64,000 bases of DNA, taken from positions 61,251-125,250 of the forward strand of contig LMAD01000002.1 in assembly GCA_001443545.1 (NCBI GenBank), given 5' to 3'. Numbering within the stretch: the stretch's first letter is position 1; each line of letters opens with the position of its first letter. A model generated the notes under the pieces. That model was not told where the DNA came from, searched no databases, and saw only the letters and a list, made by a program, of their open reading frames with translations. This document shows positions 15,143 to 26,644 of this stretch, piece by piece. The stretch comes from Acidimicrobiaceae bacterium RAAP-2 (GTDB lineage Bacteria; Actinomycetota; Acidimicrobiia; Acidimicrobiales; RAAP-2). Made by a program: the position numbers and the translations under genes.

Positions 15143-16231
15143 ATGAATCGGCCCACCTGCATCGTCGTCCTGGCCGCGGGGGAAGGCACGCGGATGCGGT
15201 CCGATCGGCCCAAGCCGCTGCACGTCGTTGGCGGGCGACCGCTGGTCTACTACGTCCTAGACGCCATCGAGATCGAGGGGGTGCTCGCTACCGTCGTCGT
15301 CGTGGGCCACCAGGCGGCGTGGGTGGAGAAGGTGTTACGCGAACGCTCCAGCCGTATCCCGACTCGGTTCGTAGAGCAGTTCGAGCAGTTGGGCACCGGC
15401 CACGCGGTGTCGGTCGCGTTGGCCGCGGTGTCCGAGGTCATGGGTGACGACGACGGTGACGTGGTAATCGTGCCGAGTGACACGCCGCTGTTGCGCCGCG
15501 TCACCATGGCCGAGCTGGTGCAACGACATCGCGCGAGCGACTCGGCGATCTCGGTGCTGACCGCGCACCTCGCCGATCCCACCGGGTACGGGCGCATCGT
15601 TCGCGCCCGGGACGGGTCGATTGAGCGGATCGTCGAGCAGCGAGACGCGACGGCGCTCGAGCGCGAGATCACTGAGGTCAACACGTCCATCATGGTCGTT
15701 CGCGCGAGCCTGCTCGGTCCGGCCCTTCGGCGCGTCGATCGTCGCAACGCTCAACGGGAGTACTACCTCACCGACGTGGTCGCCGTCCTGCACGACGCCG
15801 GTCACCTCGTCCAGGCCGTGGTGCTCGAAGACCCCGCGGAGGCCACCGGCGTCAACGATCGCGAACAGCTCGCCGTGGCCGAGGCGGTGATGCGTGGCCG
15901 GATTAATCGAGGCTGGCTGCAGCGGGGGGTGACCATCTGGGACCCCTCGACGACCTACGTCGACGCGGACGTCGAGCTGGCCCCGGGCGCGTCGCTCCTG
16001 CCCGGCACGGTGCTGCGCGGACGAACAGTGGTCGAAACGGGCGCGTCGATCGGTCCGAACGCGCACCTGGTTGACTCTCGCGTCGGTCAAAACGCCAGAA
16101 TCGGTGCGGTCGAGGCCGACCGTTCGGTCATCGGCGCCGCGGCGTCGGTCGGGTCGTATTGCGTCCTCGGACCGGGTTCGCAGGTGGCGCCGGGCGAGGT
16201 GGTGGCGCCGGGAACCCACCGGCCATCCTGA
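15143..16231 (+). CDS. glmU: GlmU-like UDP-GlcNAc pyrophosphorylase with a truncated left-handed beta-helix (362 aa)
   Basis: VVLAAGEGTRMRSDRPKPLHVVGGRPL, EYYLTDVV, GVNDREQLA. Only about 100 aa of hexapeptide repeats follow before TGA at 16229-16231, and prs begins about 20-30 nt later. Confidence 0.8.
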   Translation: MNRPTCIVVLAAGEGTRMRSDRPKPLHVVGGRPLVYYVLDAIEIEGVLATVVVVGHQAAWVEKVLRERSSRIPTRFVEQFEQLGTGHAVSVALAAVSEVMGDDDGDVVIVPSDTPLLRRVTMAELVQRHRASDSAISVLTAHLADPTGYGRIVRARDGSIERIVEQRDATALEREITEVNTSIMVVRASLLGPALRRVDRRNAQREYYLTDVVAVLHDAGHLVQAVVLEDPAEATGVNDREQLAVAEAVMRGRINRGWLQRGVTIWDPSTTYVDADVELAPGASLLPGTVLRGRTVVETGASIGPNAHLVDSRVGQNARIGAVEADRSVIGAAASVGSYCVLGPGSQVAPGEVVAPGTHRPS

Positions 16232-16262
16232 ACTCGCCGAGCGCACCTTGTACGCTGGCGCC

Positions 16263-17237
16263 GTGGAATCCCTCGCGAAACGTCGTCTCGTCATCGTGAC
16301 GGGGCGGTGCCACCCGGCGCTAGCCAAGGACATTGCCGACCGACTGGGCGTCGAGCTCACCGAGGCGAACGTCCGTGAGTTCGCCAACGGTGAGATCCAC
16401 TGTCGGTTCGACGAGTCGATCCGCGGTGCCCACGTGTTCATCGTCCAAACGCACTCGTCACCGGTGAACGACGCGGTGATGGAGCAGTTGATCATGATCG
16501 ACGCGGCCAAGCGCGCGTCGGCCAAGAGCATCACCGCCGTGATCCCGAACTACGGCTACGCCCGCCAGGACCGTAAGTCGGCGGGACGCGAGCCGATCAC
16601 GGCCAAGTTGATCGCGGACATGCTCCAGACGGCCGGGGCCAACCGCGTCTTGTCCGTCGACTTCCACTCCGGTCAGATTCAGGGATTCTTCGACATTCCC
16701 GTGGACCACCTCGTTGCGGCGCCGGTGCTCGAGGGGTACCTCAACGCCCACGCCAATCCGCACGACATCGTCGTGGTCGCCCCTGACGCCGGGCGCGTGA
16801 AGGTCGCCGAGCGGTACGCCCAACACCTCGGCTGCGACCTCGCACTCGTGCACAAGACGCGGCCCCGCGGGCAGGCCAACGTGGCCGAGGCCCGTCACAT
16901 CGTCGGTGACGTCCGGGGCCGACACTGCGTCTTGATCGACGACATGATCGACACCGCGGGCACCATCGTCGCGGCGTGCGACCTACTCAAATCGCACGGG
17001 GCGGACGAGATCTGGGTCATGGCGACGCACGCCGTCTTCTCGCCGCCGGCGATCGAGCGGCTCTTCAACGCGCCGGTCAGCCGCGTCATCGTGACCGACA
17101 CCCTGCCCCTCGGCCCCGAGCGGCGATTCGAGAAGCTCGAGATCCTGTCCGTCGCGACGATCGTCGCCAACGCGATATCGGCGATTTTCGAGGATTCATC
17201 GGTCTCGGACATCTTCGGCGGCGAAAACCTGCTGTAG
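16263..17237 (+). CDS. prs: Ribose-phosphate pyrophosphokinase
   Basis: REFANGEIHCRFDESIRG, IPNYGYARQDRK, VVVAPDAGRVK, LIDDMIDTAGT. The start is uncertain (GTG 16263 or TTG 16248). The tracked ORF start at 16071 overlaps glmU and is rejected. Confidence 0.9.
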   Translation: MESLAKRRLVIVTGRCHPALAKDIADRLGVELTEANVREFANGEIHCRFDESIRGAHVFIVQTHSSPVNDAVMEQLIMIDAAKRASAKSITAVIPNYGYARQDRKSAGREPITAKLIADMLQTAGANRVLSVDFHSGQIQGFFDIPVDHLVAAPVLEGYLNAHANPHDIVVVAPDAGRVKVAERYAQHLGCDLALVHKTRPRGQANVAEARHIVGDVRGRHCVLIDDMIDTAGTIVAACDLLKSHGADEIWVMATHAVFSPPAIERLFNAPVSRVIVTDTLPLGPERRFEKLEILSVATIVANAISAIFEDSSVSDIFGGENLL

Positions 17238-17324
17238 GGTCGGTTCGCCCCTTCGCCACGGACGGACTAGACTCTTCGTCCTGTGTGCCGCCCTCTTTCG
17301 GGCCGCAATCGGTAAGGAGTTCTC

Positions 17325-17912
17325 ATGTCGCAGGTCACGTTGAACGCGTCGACGAGTCGGACGCCTGGTTCGCGCACGTCGCGACGCCTGCGCACCGCCG
17401 GTTCGATCCCCGGAGTCGTCTACGGAGTCGGTTCTGCGCCACTCGCGGTCGCGGTTGACGCGAAGGCGTTTCGCACGGCCGTCTCGGGCGAACAGGGTTT
17501 GAACACGCTGCTCGAGTTGGACGCCGACGGTCGCCGGTTCATGGTGATGGCCCGCGAGATCCAGCGTCACCCGGTTCGCGGCACCGTCGCGCACATCGAC
17601 TTCCAGATCGTGGACCCCACCAAGCCGGTCGTCGCCGACGTTCCGCTGCACATCATCGGCGACGCCGTCGAGGTTCGCCACGCGGACTGGGAAGTCGACC
17701 AGCAGCTGTTCAGTCTCGAACTTCGCACTCGGCCCGACCAGATTCCCACCCACATTGACGTGGACATCTCTGACCTGCGAGTCGGTGGGACGATCCGCAT
17801 CGCCGACGTGGTGCTGCCGGCCGGTGTCGAGCCGATCGGTGACCCGGCGGTCGCGGTCGTCGCGACCCACGCTGGTCGATCCGCGAAGGCCGGCGCCGTC
17901 GCGACGGAGTAG
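17325..17912 (+). CDS. rplY: 50S ribosomal protein L25/Ctc
   Basis: RRLRTAGSIPGVVYG, QRHPVRGTVAHIDF. AAGGAG SD lies before ATG 17325. Confidence 0.9.
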   Translation: MSQVTLNASTSRTPGSRTSRRLRTAGSIPGVVYGVGSAPLAVAVDAKAFRTAVSGEQGLNTLLELDADGRRFMVMAREIQRHPVRGTVAHIDFQIVDPTKPVVADVPLHIIGDAVEVRHADWEVDQQLFSLELRTRPDQIPTHIDVDISDLRVGGTIRIADVVLPAGVEPIGDPAVAVVATHAGRSAKAGAVATE

Positions 17913-17916
17913 TCCC

Positions 17917-18534
17917 GTGTCGCTGCGGCGCTCGTCAGCCGCGACGCGTCATGGCAGTACGAGTTCCTGGCTCATTGTGGGTTTGGCCAACCCCGGCGAC
18001 GAGTACGCGGGCAGCCGGCACAACGTGGGCGGCGACGCCGTGCGAGTCGTTGTCCAGCGTCGATCCGGTCGATTGACCCTCGAGCGACGTCAGCGAGCGC
18101 TCACGGCCACGGTTGACACGACCCAGGGCATCGTCACGTTGGCGGTGCCGACGACCTTCATGAACGAATCCGGTGCGGCCTTGCCGCCCCTGATCCGTCG
18201 GACCTCGCTCGGGGACCTCTCCCGACTGCTCGTCGTGCACGACGAACTCGATCTCGAGCCCGGTCGACTGCAGATGAAGTGCGGTGGAGGGTTGGCCGGT
18301 CACAACGGACTACGTTCGATCGCCCAGGCCCTCAACTCGCAGGACTTCTGCCGGTTGCGCATCGGCGTGGGCAAGCCCGTACGCAAGGAGCAGGGCGCCG
18401 ACCACGTGTTGCGCCGTCCGACCGGTGCCCGGCGAGCCGCCCTCGAGGCCGACGTCGAACGGGCCGCGGACGCCATCGAGGTGCTGCTCGACGAAGGGTT
18501 CGACGAGGCCCAGCGCCGCGCCAATCGATCGTGA
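17917..18534 (+). CDS. pth: Peptidyl-tRNA hydrolase
   Basis: WLIVGLANPGDEYAGSRHNVG, TFMNESG, HDELDL, GGLAGHNGLRS. The start is taken as GTG 17917 and is uncertain. Confidence 0.9.
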   Translation: MSLRRSSAATRHGSTSSWLIVGLANPGDEYAGSRHNVGGDAVRVVVQRRSGRLTLERRQRALTATVDTTQGIVTLAVPTTFMNESGAALPPLIRRTSLGDLSRLLVVHDELDLEPGRLQMKCGGGLAGHNGLRSIAQALNSQDFCRLRIGVGKPVRKEQGADHVLRRPTGARRAALEADVERAADAIEVLLDEGFDEAQRRANRS

Positions 18535-21500
18535 GCGCCGCCGCGGGACTGCGCCGGGTCCTCGAACTCGCCACCCCGCACCTGAACGAGACCCTGCTCG
18601 CGGGGACCCTCGCCCCGAGCGGCTCCGCCACGCCCCTGGCAGTCGCGGCCCACGCCAGCACGACGCCCCTGACCGTGGCGGTCGTCGCGACGTCGACCGA
18701 GGCTGAACTGCTGCACGACGCGCTGGTCGCGCTGTTCGAAGACCCGTCCGCGGTGACGCTGTGGCCGGCCTGGGACACCCACCCCCTCGAACGGGTGAGC
18801 CCGGACTCCTCGGTGATGGCCGCACGGGCCTTCGCCCGTTGGCGACTCTCCCAGGCGGCGCCTCCCCGCGTCGTCGTCGCCCCGATCCGGGCCCTGGCCC
18901 AAGTACTGGCTCCCGAAGCGGCGCCCGCACCCGAAGCCGTACGCCGCGGTGAGGCTCGCGACCGCGACGAGCTGCTCGAGACCCTCGCACGATTCGGCTA
19001 TCGGCGCGAGGCCATCGTCGAGCACCGCGCCGAGTTCGCCGTTCGGGGTGGCATCGTCGACCTCTGGTCGCCCCACGCCGAACTGCCCGTTCGACTGGAC
19101 TTCTTCGGTGACGAGATCGAGCGGGTGACCAACTTCGACGTCGCGAGTCAGCGATCGATCGGTGACGTGGACGAGGCGCTGCTCGTCACGGCACGCGAGT
19201 GGCTACCTGACGACGCCACCCGGGACCGGGCGCACCGTTTGGTGACCGAGCAGCCGTGGGGCGGCGCCGTCTTCGAGCGGATCGCCGCGGGCGACTTCTT
19301 TGACGGCATGGAGGGGTGGATGCCCCTGTTCATCGAAGACAGTCGAACGTTGCTCGACGAGTTGGACGACGCGTCGGTCTTCGTAGTCGAGCCCAGCCGC
19401 GTCGCTCATCGACTCGCCGAGCTGCTCGAAGAGGAGCGGGAGTTGACCGACACGGTGGCCACCACGTGGCGGGCGACCGAGACCGTGCCGCTCCTGCACC
19501 ACGAATGGATGAACCTCATGGATCGTCCATTCGTGGGCTTCGGGGATAACCCCGGTGGCGCCGAGCTGATCGTGAGTTCGCCGCCCGCAGTCCAGGGGGA
19601 CCCCGCACGGATCGCCGCCCACGTGCGTGGTTGGTCGTCGCGCCGTCGCGGGGTGGTGTTGACCGCCAACGTCGCGGCCGTCGAGCGAATGGCCGATCAG
19701 CTACGCGGCGAGGGTCTCGAGGTGACCACCGACCCCGAACGGGTCCTCGACGTTCGAATCACGGTGTTGCACAGCGTCCTGCCCGCCGGGTTCGTATTGG
19801 ACAACCCCGAAGTGGTGGTGTGGAGCGAGACCGACCTCACGGGGCGGCGCACGGTCCACCGCGCGGCTCGAACGAGGGCGCGCACCGTCGACGGCTTCTT
19901 CGACGACCTGGCCGTCGGGAGCTACGTCGTGCACCGACACCACGGCGTCGCCCGGTTCTCGGGCACGACGACGCGCGCGATCAACGGGACCGTGCGCGAC
20001 TACTTGATCCTCGAGTTCAAGGACGGTCGCAGTTACTGGCCGACCGAGCAAATCGACGTGCTGACGCCCTACACCGGTGGCGACTCGCCGTCGCTGTCGC
20101 GCATGGGCGGGGTCGAGTGGCAAAAGACGCGGGCGAAGGCCCGAGCCGCGGCCTACTTGGTCGCCCAAGAGCTCGTCGACCTCTACCGGCAACGTTCCGT
20201 CGCGGTCGGACACGCCTTCGCGCCCGACAGCGCGTGGCAACGCGAGGTCGAGGACCTCTTCCCCTTCACCCTCACGACCGACCAGGCCCAAGCGATCGAA
20301 GACGTCAAGGCCGATATGGAACGGGAGCGCCCGATGGACCGGCTCGTGTGCGCCGACGTCGGATTCGGTAAGACCGAGATTGCGGTGCGCGCCATCTTCA
20401 AGGCCGTTCAGGACAATCGCCAAGCCGCCGTGCTCGTACCGACGACGCTGCTCGCGAGTCAGCACTTCGCGACGCTGACGGAGCGATTCGGCGGTTTCCC
20501 CGTTCGCGTCGCGCTGCTCAGTCGGTTCGTGGAGGACGCCGAGGCCAAGTCGACGCTCCGCGGTCTCCAAGACGGCTCGATCGACGTCGTCGTCGGGACC
20601 CACCGGCTGCTCGGCGAGGGCGTGCACTTCAGGGACCTGGGTCTGCTCGTCGTGGACGAGGAGCAACGCTTCGGCGTGGGCCACAAGGAGGCCATCAAGG
20701 CGCGATCGGTGGGCGTGGACGTGCTCACGTTGTCGGCGAGCCCGATCCCGCGCACCCTCGAGATGGCCTTCGCCGGAATCCGCGATCTCTCCATGGTCAC
20801 CACACCGCCCGCCGACCGACGACCGATTCTCACCCACGTCGGTGAGTACGACGAAGCGGCCGTCGTCGAAGCCGTCCGCCGCGAACTCCTGCGCGAGGGG
20901 CAGGTCTTCTTCGTCCACAATCGGGTGTCGGACATCGACCAAGTCGCTCGGCGACTCGGTCAACTCGTGCCCGACGCGCGGATTGCCGTGGCCCACGGGC
21001 AGATGGACGAGGGGACCCTCGAACGGATCATGGTCGACTTCTGGGAGCGTCGCTACGACGTGCTGGTCTGCACGACCATCGTCGAGTCGGGCATCGACCT
21101 GCCGTCAGTGAATACCCTGATCGTGGACCGGGCCGAGCGACTCGGCCTCGGCCAGCTCCACCAGTTGCGCGGACGCGTCGGCCGATCGGGCCAACGGGCC
21201 TACGCGTACTTGTTTCACGCGGCCGGTCAGACGCTCTCCGAGACCGCCTTCGAGCGGCTGCGCACCATCGGCGACAACACGGCCCTCGGCAGCGGCTTCA
21301 AGATTGCGATGCGCGACCTCGAAATCCGCGGTGCGGGCAACCTACTCGGCCACGACCAGTCCGGACCGGTCGCCGCGGTCGGCTACGACCTGTACGTCCA
21401 GCTGGTCGCCGAAGCCGTCGCCGAGGCGAAGGGGATCGTGGCACCCGAGGTGGTGACGATCACGTTGGACGTTCCCGGCGAGGCACACCTGCCCAAGGAC

Positions 21501-21914
21501 TACGTCGAGGCCGACGACGCTCGCCTCGAGGCGTACCGGCGCCTAGCCGGCGTGTCGAGCGCCGAGATGTTGGACGACCTGCGCGGCGAGTGGATCGACC
21601 GGTACGGTCCGCTGCCCCGAGCGGCCACGGGACTGCTCGACCTGGCCGACCTGCGACTGGTCTGTCTCGAAGCCGGGGCGAGTCAGCTCACGGTGTTGCC
21701 CGCCAAGGTCGGTGTCCGCTCCGCGCCCGTGGTGCGCTTCGGACCGGTCAAGCTGTCGTTGAGCCAGCAGATGCGACTACGCCGACGCCACGGTTCGCGG
21801 GCCTACGACGAATCGACCGGGGAAGTGCGCCTCGAGGTGGCGACGGCGTCGACGACGCCAGCGGCGCTGCGGGACCTCGTGCGCGCCACGACCGCGACAT
21901 CGTCGTCGGAGTGA
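18531..21914 (+). CDS. mfd: Transcription-repair coupling factor
   Basis: YVVHRHHGVARF (CarD-like), LVCADVGFGKTE (Walker A), LVVDEEQRFG (DEEQ), LHQLRGRVGRS. GTG 18531 overlaps the pth stop. Confidence 0.95.
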   Translation: MSAAAGLRRVLELATPHLNETLLAGTLAPSGSATPLAVAAHASTTPLTVAVVATSTEAELLHDALVALFEDPSAVTLWPAWDTHPLERVSPDSSVMAARAFARWRLSQAAPPRVVVAPIRALAQVLAPEAAPAPEAVRRGEARDRDELLETLARFGYRREAIVEHRAEFAVRGGIVDLWSPHAELPVRLDFFGDEIERVTNFDVASQRSIGDVDEALLVTAREWLPDDATRDRAHRLVTEQPWGGAVFERIAAGDFFDGMEGWMPLFIEDSRTLLDELDDASVFVVEPSRVAHRLAELLEEERELTDTVATTWRATETVPLLHHEWMNLMDRPFVGFGDNPGGAELIVSSPPAVQGDPARIAAHVRGWSSRRRGVVLTANVAAVERMADQLRGEGLEVTTDPERVLDVRITVLHSVLPAGFVLDNPEVVVWSETDLTGRRTVHRAARTRARTVDGFFDDLAVGSYVVHRHHGVARFSGTTTRAINGTVRDYLILEFKDGRSYWPTEQIDVLTPYTGGDSPSLSRMGGVEWQKTRAKARAAAYLVAQELVDLYRQRSVAVGHAFAPDSAWQREVEDLFPFTLTTDQAQAIEDVKADMERERPMDRLVCADVGFGKTEIAVRAIFKAVQDNRQAAVLVPTTLLASQHFATLTERFGGFPVRVALLSRFVEDAEAKSTLRGLQDGSIDVVVGTHRLLGEGVHFRDLGLLVVDEEQRFGVGHKEAIKARSVGVDVLTLSASPIPRTLEMAFAGIRDLSMVTTPPADRRPILTHVGEYDEAAVVEAVRRELLREGQVFFVHNRVSDIDQVARRLGQLVPDARIAVAHGQMDEGTLERIMVDFWERRYDVLVCTTIVESGIDLPSVNTLIVDRAERLGLGQLHQLRGRVGRSGQRAYAYLFHAAGQTLSETAFERLRTIGDNTALGSGFKIAMRDLEIRGAGNLLGHDQSGPVAAVGYDLYVQLVAEAVAEAKGIVAPEVVTITLDVPGEAHLPKDYVEADDARLEAYRRLAGVSSAEMLDDLRGEWIDRYGPLPRAATGLLDLADLRLVCLEAGASQLTVLPAKVGVRSAPVVRFGPVKLSLSQQMRLRRRHGSRAYDESTGEVRLEVATASTTPAALRDLVRATTATSSSE

Positions 21915-21934
21915 CGACTCGGTAGGCTGTCGGG

Positions 21935-23017
21935 GTGCGTCGAATCACTGCTCTCTTCGTCATCGCCCTCGTCGTCGCGGTCCTCGTCGGACGATCCAGC
22001 ATCTCCTCGGGGGTGAGCGTCAACGGGTCTACCGTCTCCACCACCGAGCTGCGGGCCGAATTGAGCGCCATCTCGGCCTCGCCACCACTCCAGTGCTACC
22101 TCACCGCGATTGCCCGGGCGGGCTTCACCGCCGGTGGTGGCTCGTCGACGATGGCCGCGTCGGGGGTCGCCGCGTGGTCCAACCTGCGCGTCGAGGGGAT
22201 GGCGATTGACCAGTACGTGCGCAGTCGGCTGCACTATCGTCCGGGTTCGGATCTCGCGAAGGCCAAGAACTCGTTGGAGTCCGAGATGACCCAGGCGGCG
22301 GCGTCGAATTCACTGAGTTGCCCCGGCACGGCCGCCCAGGCGCTCGCCGCGATGACGCCCACGATGGAGCAAACCGAAGTTCTCGCCCAGGCCGAGTCGC
22401 TGTACCTGCTGAGCAAGTTGAACTCGACGATCCCGTTGACCACCAGCTCGTTGAAGACGTACTACGACTCGCACCGCTCGAGCTACGACACGATCTGCAT
22501 CAGCGTCGCCGAGGTATCGACGAGCCAGGTGGGCGCCTTCGCCGCCGCGCAGGCCAAGGGCGCCACGGTGGCCCAGTTGGCCAAGAAGTTTTCCGTTGAC
22601 CCCTCGGCCGCTCACGGTGGCGCCTACGGCTGCTACGGACCGACCTCGTCGTACTTCGCTGGGATTCGCGCCGACGTCAGTGCGAGCCCGCTGAACAGCT
22701 TCCCGACGACGCCGCTCACGACGACGAACAACGGGGTCACGTACGCGCTCTACGTGGCCGCGACGTCAAAAACCTCGACGCCATTCAGCCAGGCGGAGGG
22801 AGCGGTACTTACCGACGTGCGCAACCTCAACGCGAACTCGGCCAGCCTGCTCACGAACGGCATCCTCAACCGGGCCGTGATCGCCATCGACCCCGCGCTG
22901 GGTCGATGGGGGCTCGGGACGAACGGGCGGTCGGTCTTCGCACCCGCACTCCCGCCGACGTCTGACGTGACGGGTTCGACGACGCTGGCCACTCCGAGCG
23001 CGCTCAGCTATCAGTGA
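21935..23017 (+). CDS. Membrane-anchored SurA/PrsA-like protein with a degenerate parvulin-type PPIase region
   Basis: N-terminal anchor ITALFVIALVVAVLV. The segment LAKKFSVDPSAAHGGAYGCYGP...GVTYALYV resembles a parvulin fold. This is a weak, by-eye assignment. Confidence 0.45.
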   Translation: MRRITALFVIALVVAVLVGRSSISSGVSVNGSTVSTTELRAELSAISASPPLQCYLTAIARAGFTAGGGSSTMAASGVAAWSNLRVEGMAIDQYVRSRLHYRPGSDLAKAKNSLESEMTQAAASNSLSCPGTAAQALAAMTPTMEQTEVLAQAESLYLLSKLNSTIPLTTSSLKTYYDSHRSSYDTICISVAEVSTSQVGAFAAAQAKGATVAQLAKKFSVDPSAAHGGAYGCYGPTSSYFAGIRADVSASPLNSFPTTPLTTTNNGVTYALYVAATSKTSTPFSQAEGAVLTDVRNLNANSASLLTNGILNRAVIAIDPALGRWGLGTNGRSVFAPALPPTSDVTGSTTLATPSALSYQ

Positions 23018-24402
23018 GCGAGGCGACGGTTCGGGTAGTCGGCCTCGGACCAGGTGATCGGGACCTCGTCACCGCGAGTGCGTGGCGACTGATCACCGAA
23101 TCACCCGTCGTGCGACTGCGCACCCGTCGACACCCCGCGGCGGCCACCCTGGACGCGATCGCGAGCTACGACGACTGGTACGACGCGGCTGGGTCCTTCG
23201 AAGAGCTGTACGCCACGATCGCCGATGACCTCGTGCGTCTGGCGACCGAGGCCGCCGGCGAGGTCGTCTACGTGGTGCCCGGTTCGCCCGTCGTGGCGGA
23301 ACGGACCGTTGAGTTGCTCTACGAGCGTCCCATTCGGGTCGTCTGTGAACCGGCAATCTCCGTTATCGACCTGGCCTGCAGCGCGCTCGGGCGCGACCCG
23401 ATGATGGCGGGGCTTCGAATCGTCGATGCGCTGGGCTCGGTAGAACCCCTTCGGGGTCCCGGGCCCCTGCTGGTCCTCCAAACGTACTCCGCGCTCGTAC
23501 TCGCTTCGGTGGCGGACCGGCTCGCGCCGCACACCCCGGTGACCGTGCTGCACCACCTCGGATTGCGTGACGAGGTGATCGAGACCCGTCTGGCCCGGGA
23601 GTTGACCGGTTTCGCCGCGGACCACCTCACGTCGCTATGGGTCGAGGACCTGCGTACCGCCGGCGCGGCCGTCGACGACCTCGTGACCCTGACGCGGACC
23701 CTTCGAGCGTCCTGTCCGTGGGACCAGGAGCAGACCCACGCGTCGCTCACTCGCCACCTGCTCGAAGAGGCCTACGAGGCACTCGACGCGCTCGAAAACC
23801 TCGTACGCGGCGAGCCAGAGCCCTCACCGGCCGCGATCGCGCACGTGCAAGAGGAGCTGGGCGACCTGCTCTTCCAGATTTTCTTCCACGCTGAACTCGG
23901 CGAGGAGCTCGATCGCTTCAACCTGGCGACCATCGCCGACGCCGTGCGGGTCAAGCTGATCGGCCGTCACCCCCACGTCTTCGCGGACGTCCACGTCCAA
24001 GACGCCGACGACGTCGCCGCGCGTTGGGAAGTCCTCAAGCAAGCCGAGAAGGGACGCTCGTCGGTGCTCGACGGCGTCGCCTGGCAACTACCGGCGCTCG
24101 CCCTCTACACGAAGTTGCTTCGTAAGGCGACCTCGGTGGGCGTCTCGCGCGACGACCTTGCGGCGTCACTGGCCGAAGCGGCCCGAGTCCTCGCGGTGGT
24201 GACGGCGACGCCAGCGAGCTCGGACGCGACTTCAACCTCGGACGTCGACCCCGCGTGGGGTGACGCGATCGAAGCACTGGCCCGCGCCGCGTACGGCGCT
24301 GGGGTCGATCTGGAGGGCGTACTGCGCGATCGGGCCCGCCGCGTCGCCGACGCGATTCGCTCGCGCGAGACGTCGTCTGAGACGCGCGGGGCCACCAACT
24401 AG
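23014..24402 (+). CDS. mazG: Fusion of a tetrapyrrole-methylase-like domain and MazG nucleoside-triphosphate pyrophosphohydrolase (YabN-like architecture)
   Basis: The N-terminus has VVGLGPGDRDLVT and VVPGSPVVAE. The C-terminus has EEAYEALDA, ELGDLLFQIFFHA, KLIGRHPHVF and WEVLKQAEK. Confidence 0.85.
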   Translation: MSEATVRVVGLGPGDRDLVTASAWRLITESPVVRLRTRRHPAAATLDAIASYDDWYDAAGSFEELYATIADDLVRLATEAAGEVVYVVPGSPVVAERTVELLYERPIRVVCEPAISVIDLACSALGRDPMMAGLRIVDALGSVEPLRGPGPLLVLQTYSALVLASVADRLAPHTPVTVLHHLGLRDEVIETRLARELTGFAADHLTSLWVEDLRTAGAAVDDLVTLTRTLRASCPWDQEQTHASLTRHLLEEAYEALDALENLVRGEPEPSPAAIAHVQEELGDLLFQIFFHAELGEELDRFNLATIADAVRVKLIGRHPHVFADVHVQDADDVAARWEVLKQAEKGRSSVLDGVAWQLPALALYTKLLRKATSVGVSRDDLAASLAEAARVLAVVTATPASSDATSTSDVDPAWGDAIEALARAAYGAGVDLEGVLRDRARRVADAIRSRETSSETRGATN

Positions 24403-24409
24403 CGTTTGA

Positions 24410-26152
<1,743 letters not shown>

Positions 26153-26162
<10 letters not shown>

Positions 26163-26644
26163 GCACCTTTCGTGACGCGTCGCTCGACGATCTCGCGGCC
26201 GTCGAAGCGCTGATCGGACGACCCCTCGCGGGCCGGTGCGCCGTGGTCGTTCGTCGCGCCGACGGCGGACCCGTCGTGATCGAGAATGAGCCGAACCTTC
26301 GCGATGGGACCCCGATGCCGACGCTGTTCTGGTTGGTGGACCGTGAACTGCACGCCGCGGTGAGCCGACTCGAAGGCGACGGGGGCGTGCACCGATTCGA
26401 GGCACTCGTCGACCCGGGCGAGCTTGCGGCTGCCCACGACGACTACGCCCGACGTCGAGACGCGGCGATCGTTCAAACCGGCGCGGTGGCACCGACGGGG
26501 GGGGTCGGTGGCACGCGCGTCGGGATCAAGTGCCTCCACGCGCACCTCGCGAACTACCTCACCGGCGCGAACGACCCGGTCGGCGCGCTCGTCGCCGCCG
26601 CCGTCGACGTACCGGTCGTGTTAGTCGAGCGCGTCCGTGACTGA
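26153..26644 (+). CDS. DUF501 domain protein
   Basis: PMPTLFWLVDRELHAAVSRLE, GGTRVGIKCLHAHLANYL. The position matches the Rv1025 slot. Confidence 0.7.

Noticed and set aside
15335-16534. 399-aa minus-strand ORF spanning glmU and prs
   Set aside because: It is antisense to two well-supported housekeeping genes and crosses their junction. The composition is dominated by Arg, Asp and Gly, typical of the reverse frame of GC3-rich genes.
19701-20996. 431-aa minus-strand ORF inside mfd, and similar long antisense ORFs (8276..9040, 18300..19076, 44289..45107, 47142..48065, 49570..50310)
   Set aside because: All are antisense to genes with strong family motifs, and none has motifs of its own. Long stop-free antisense frames are expected at this GC content.
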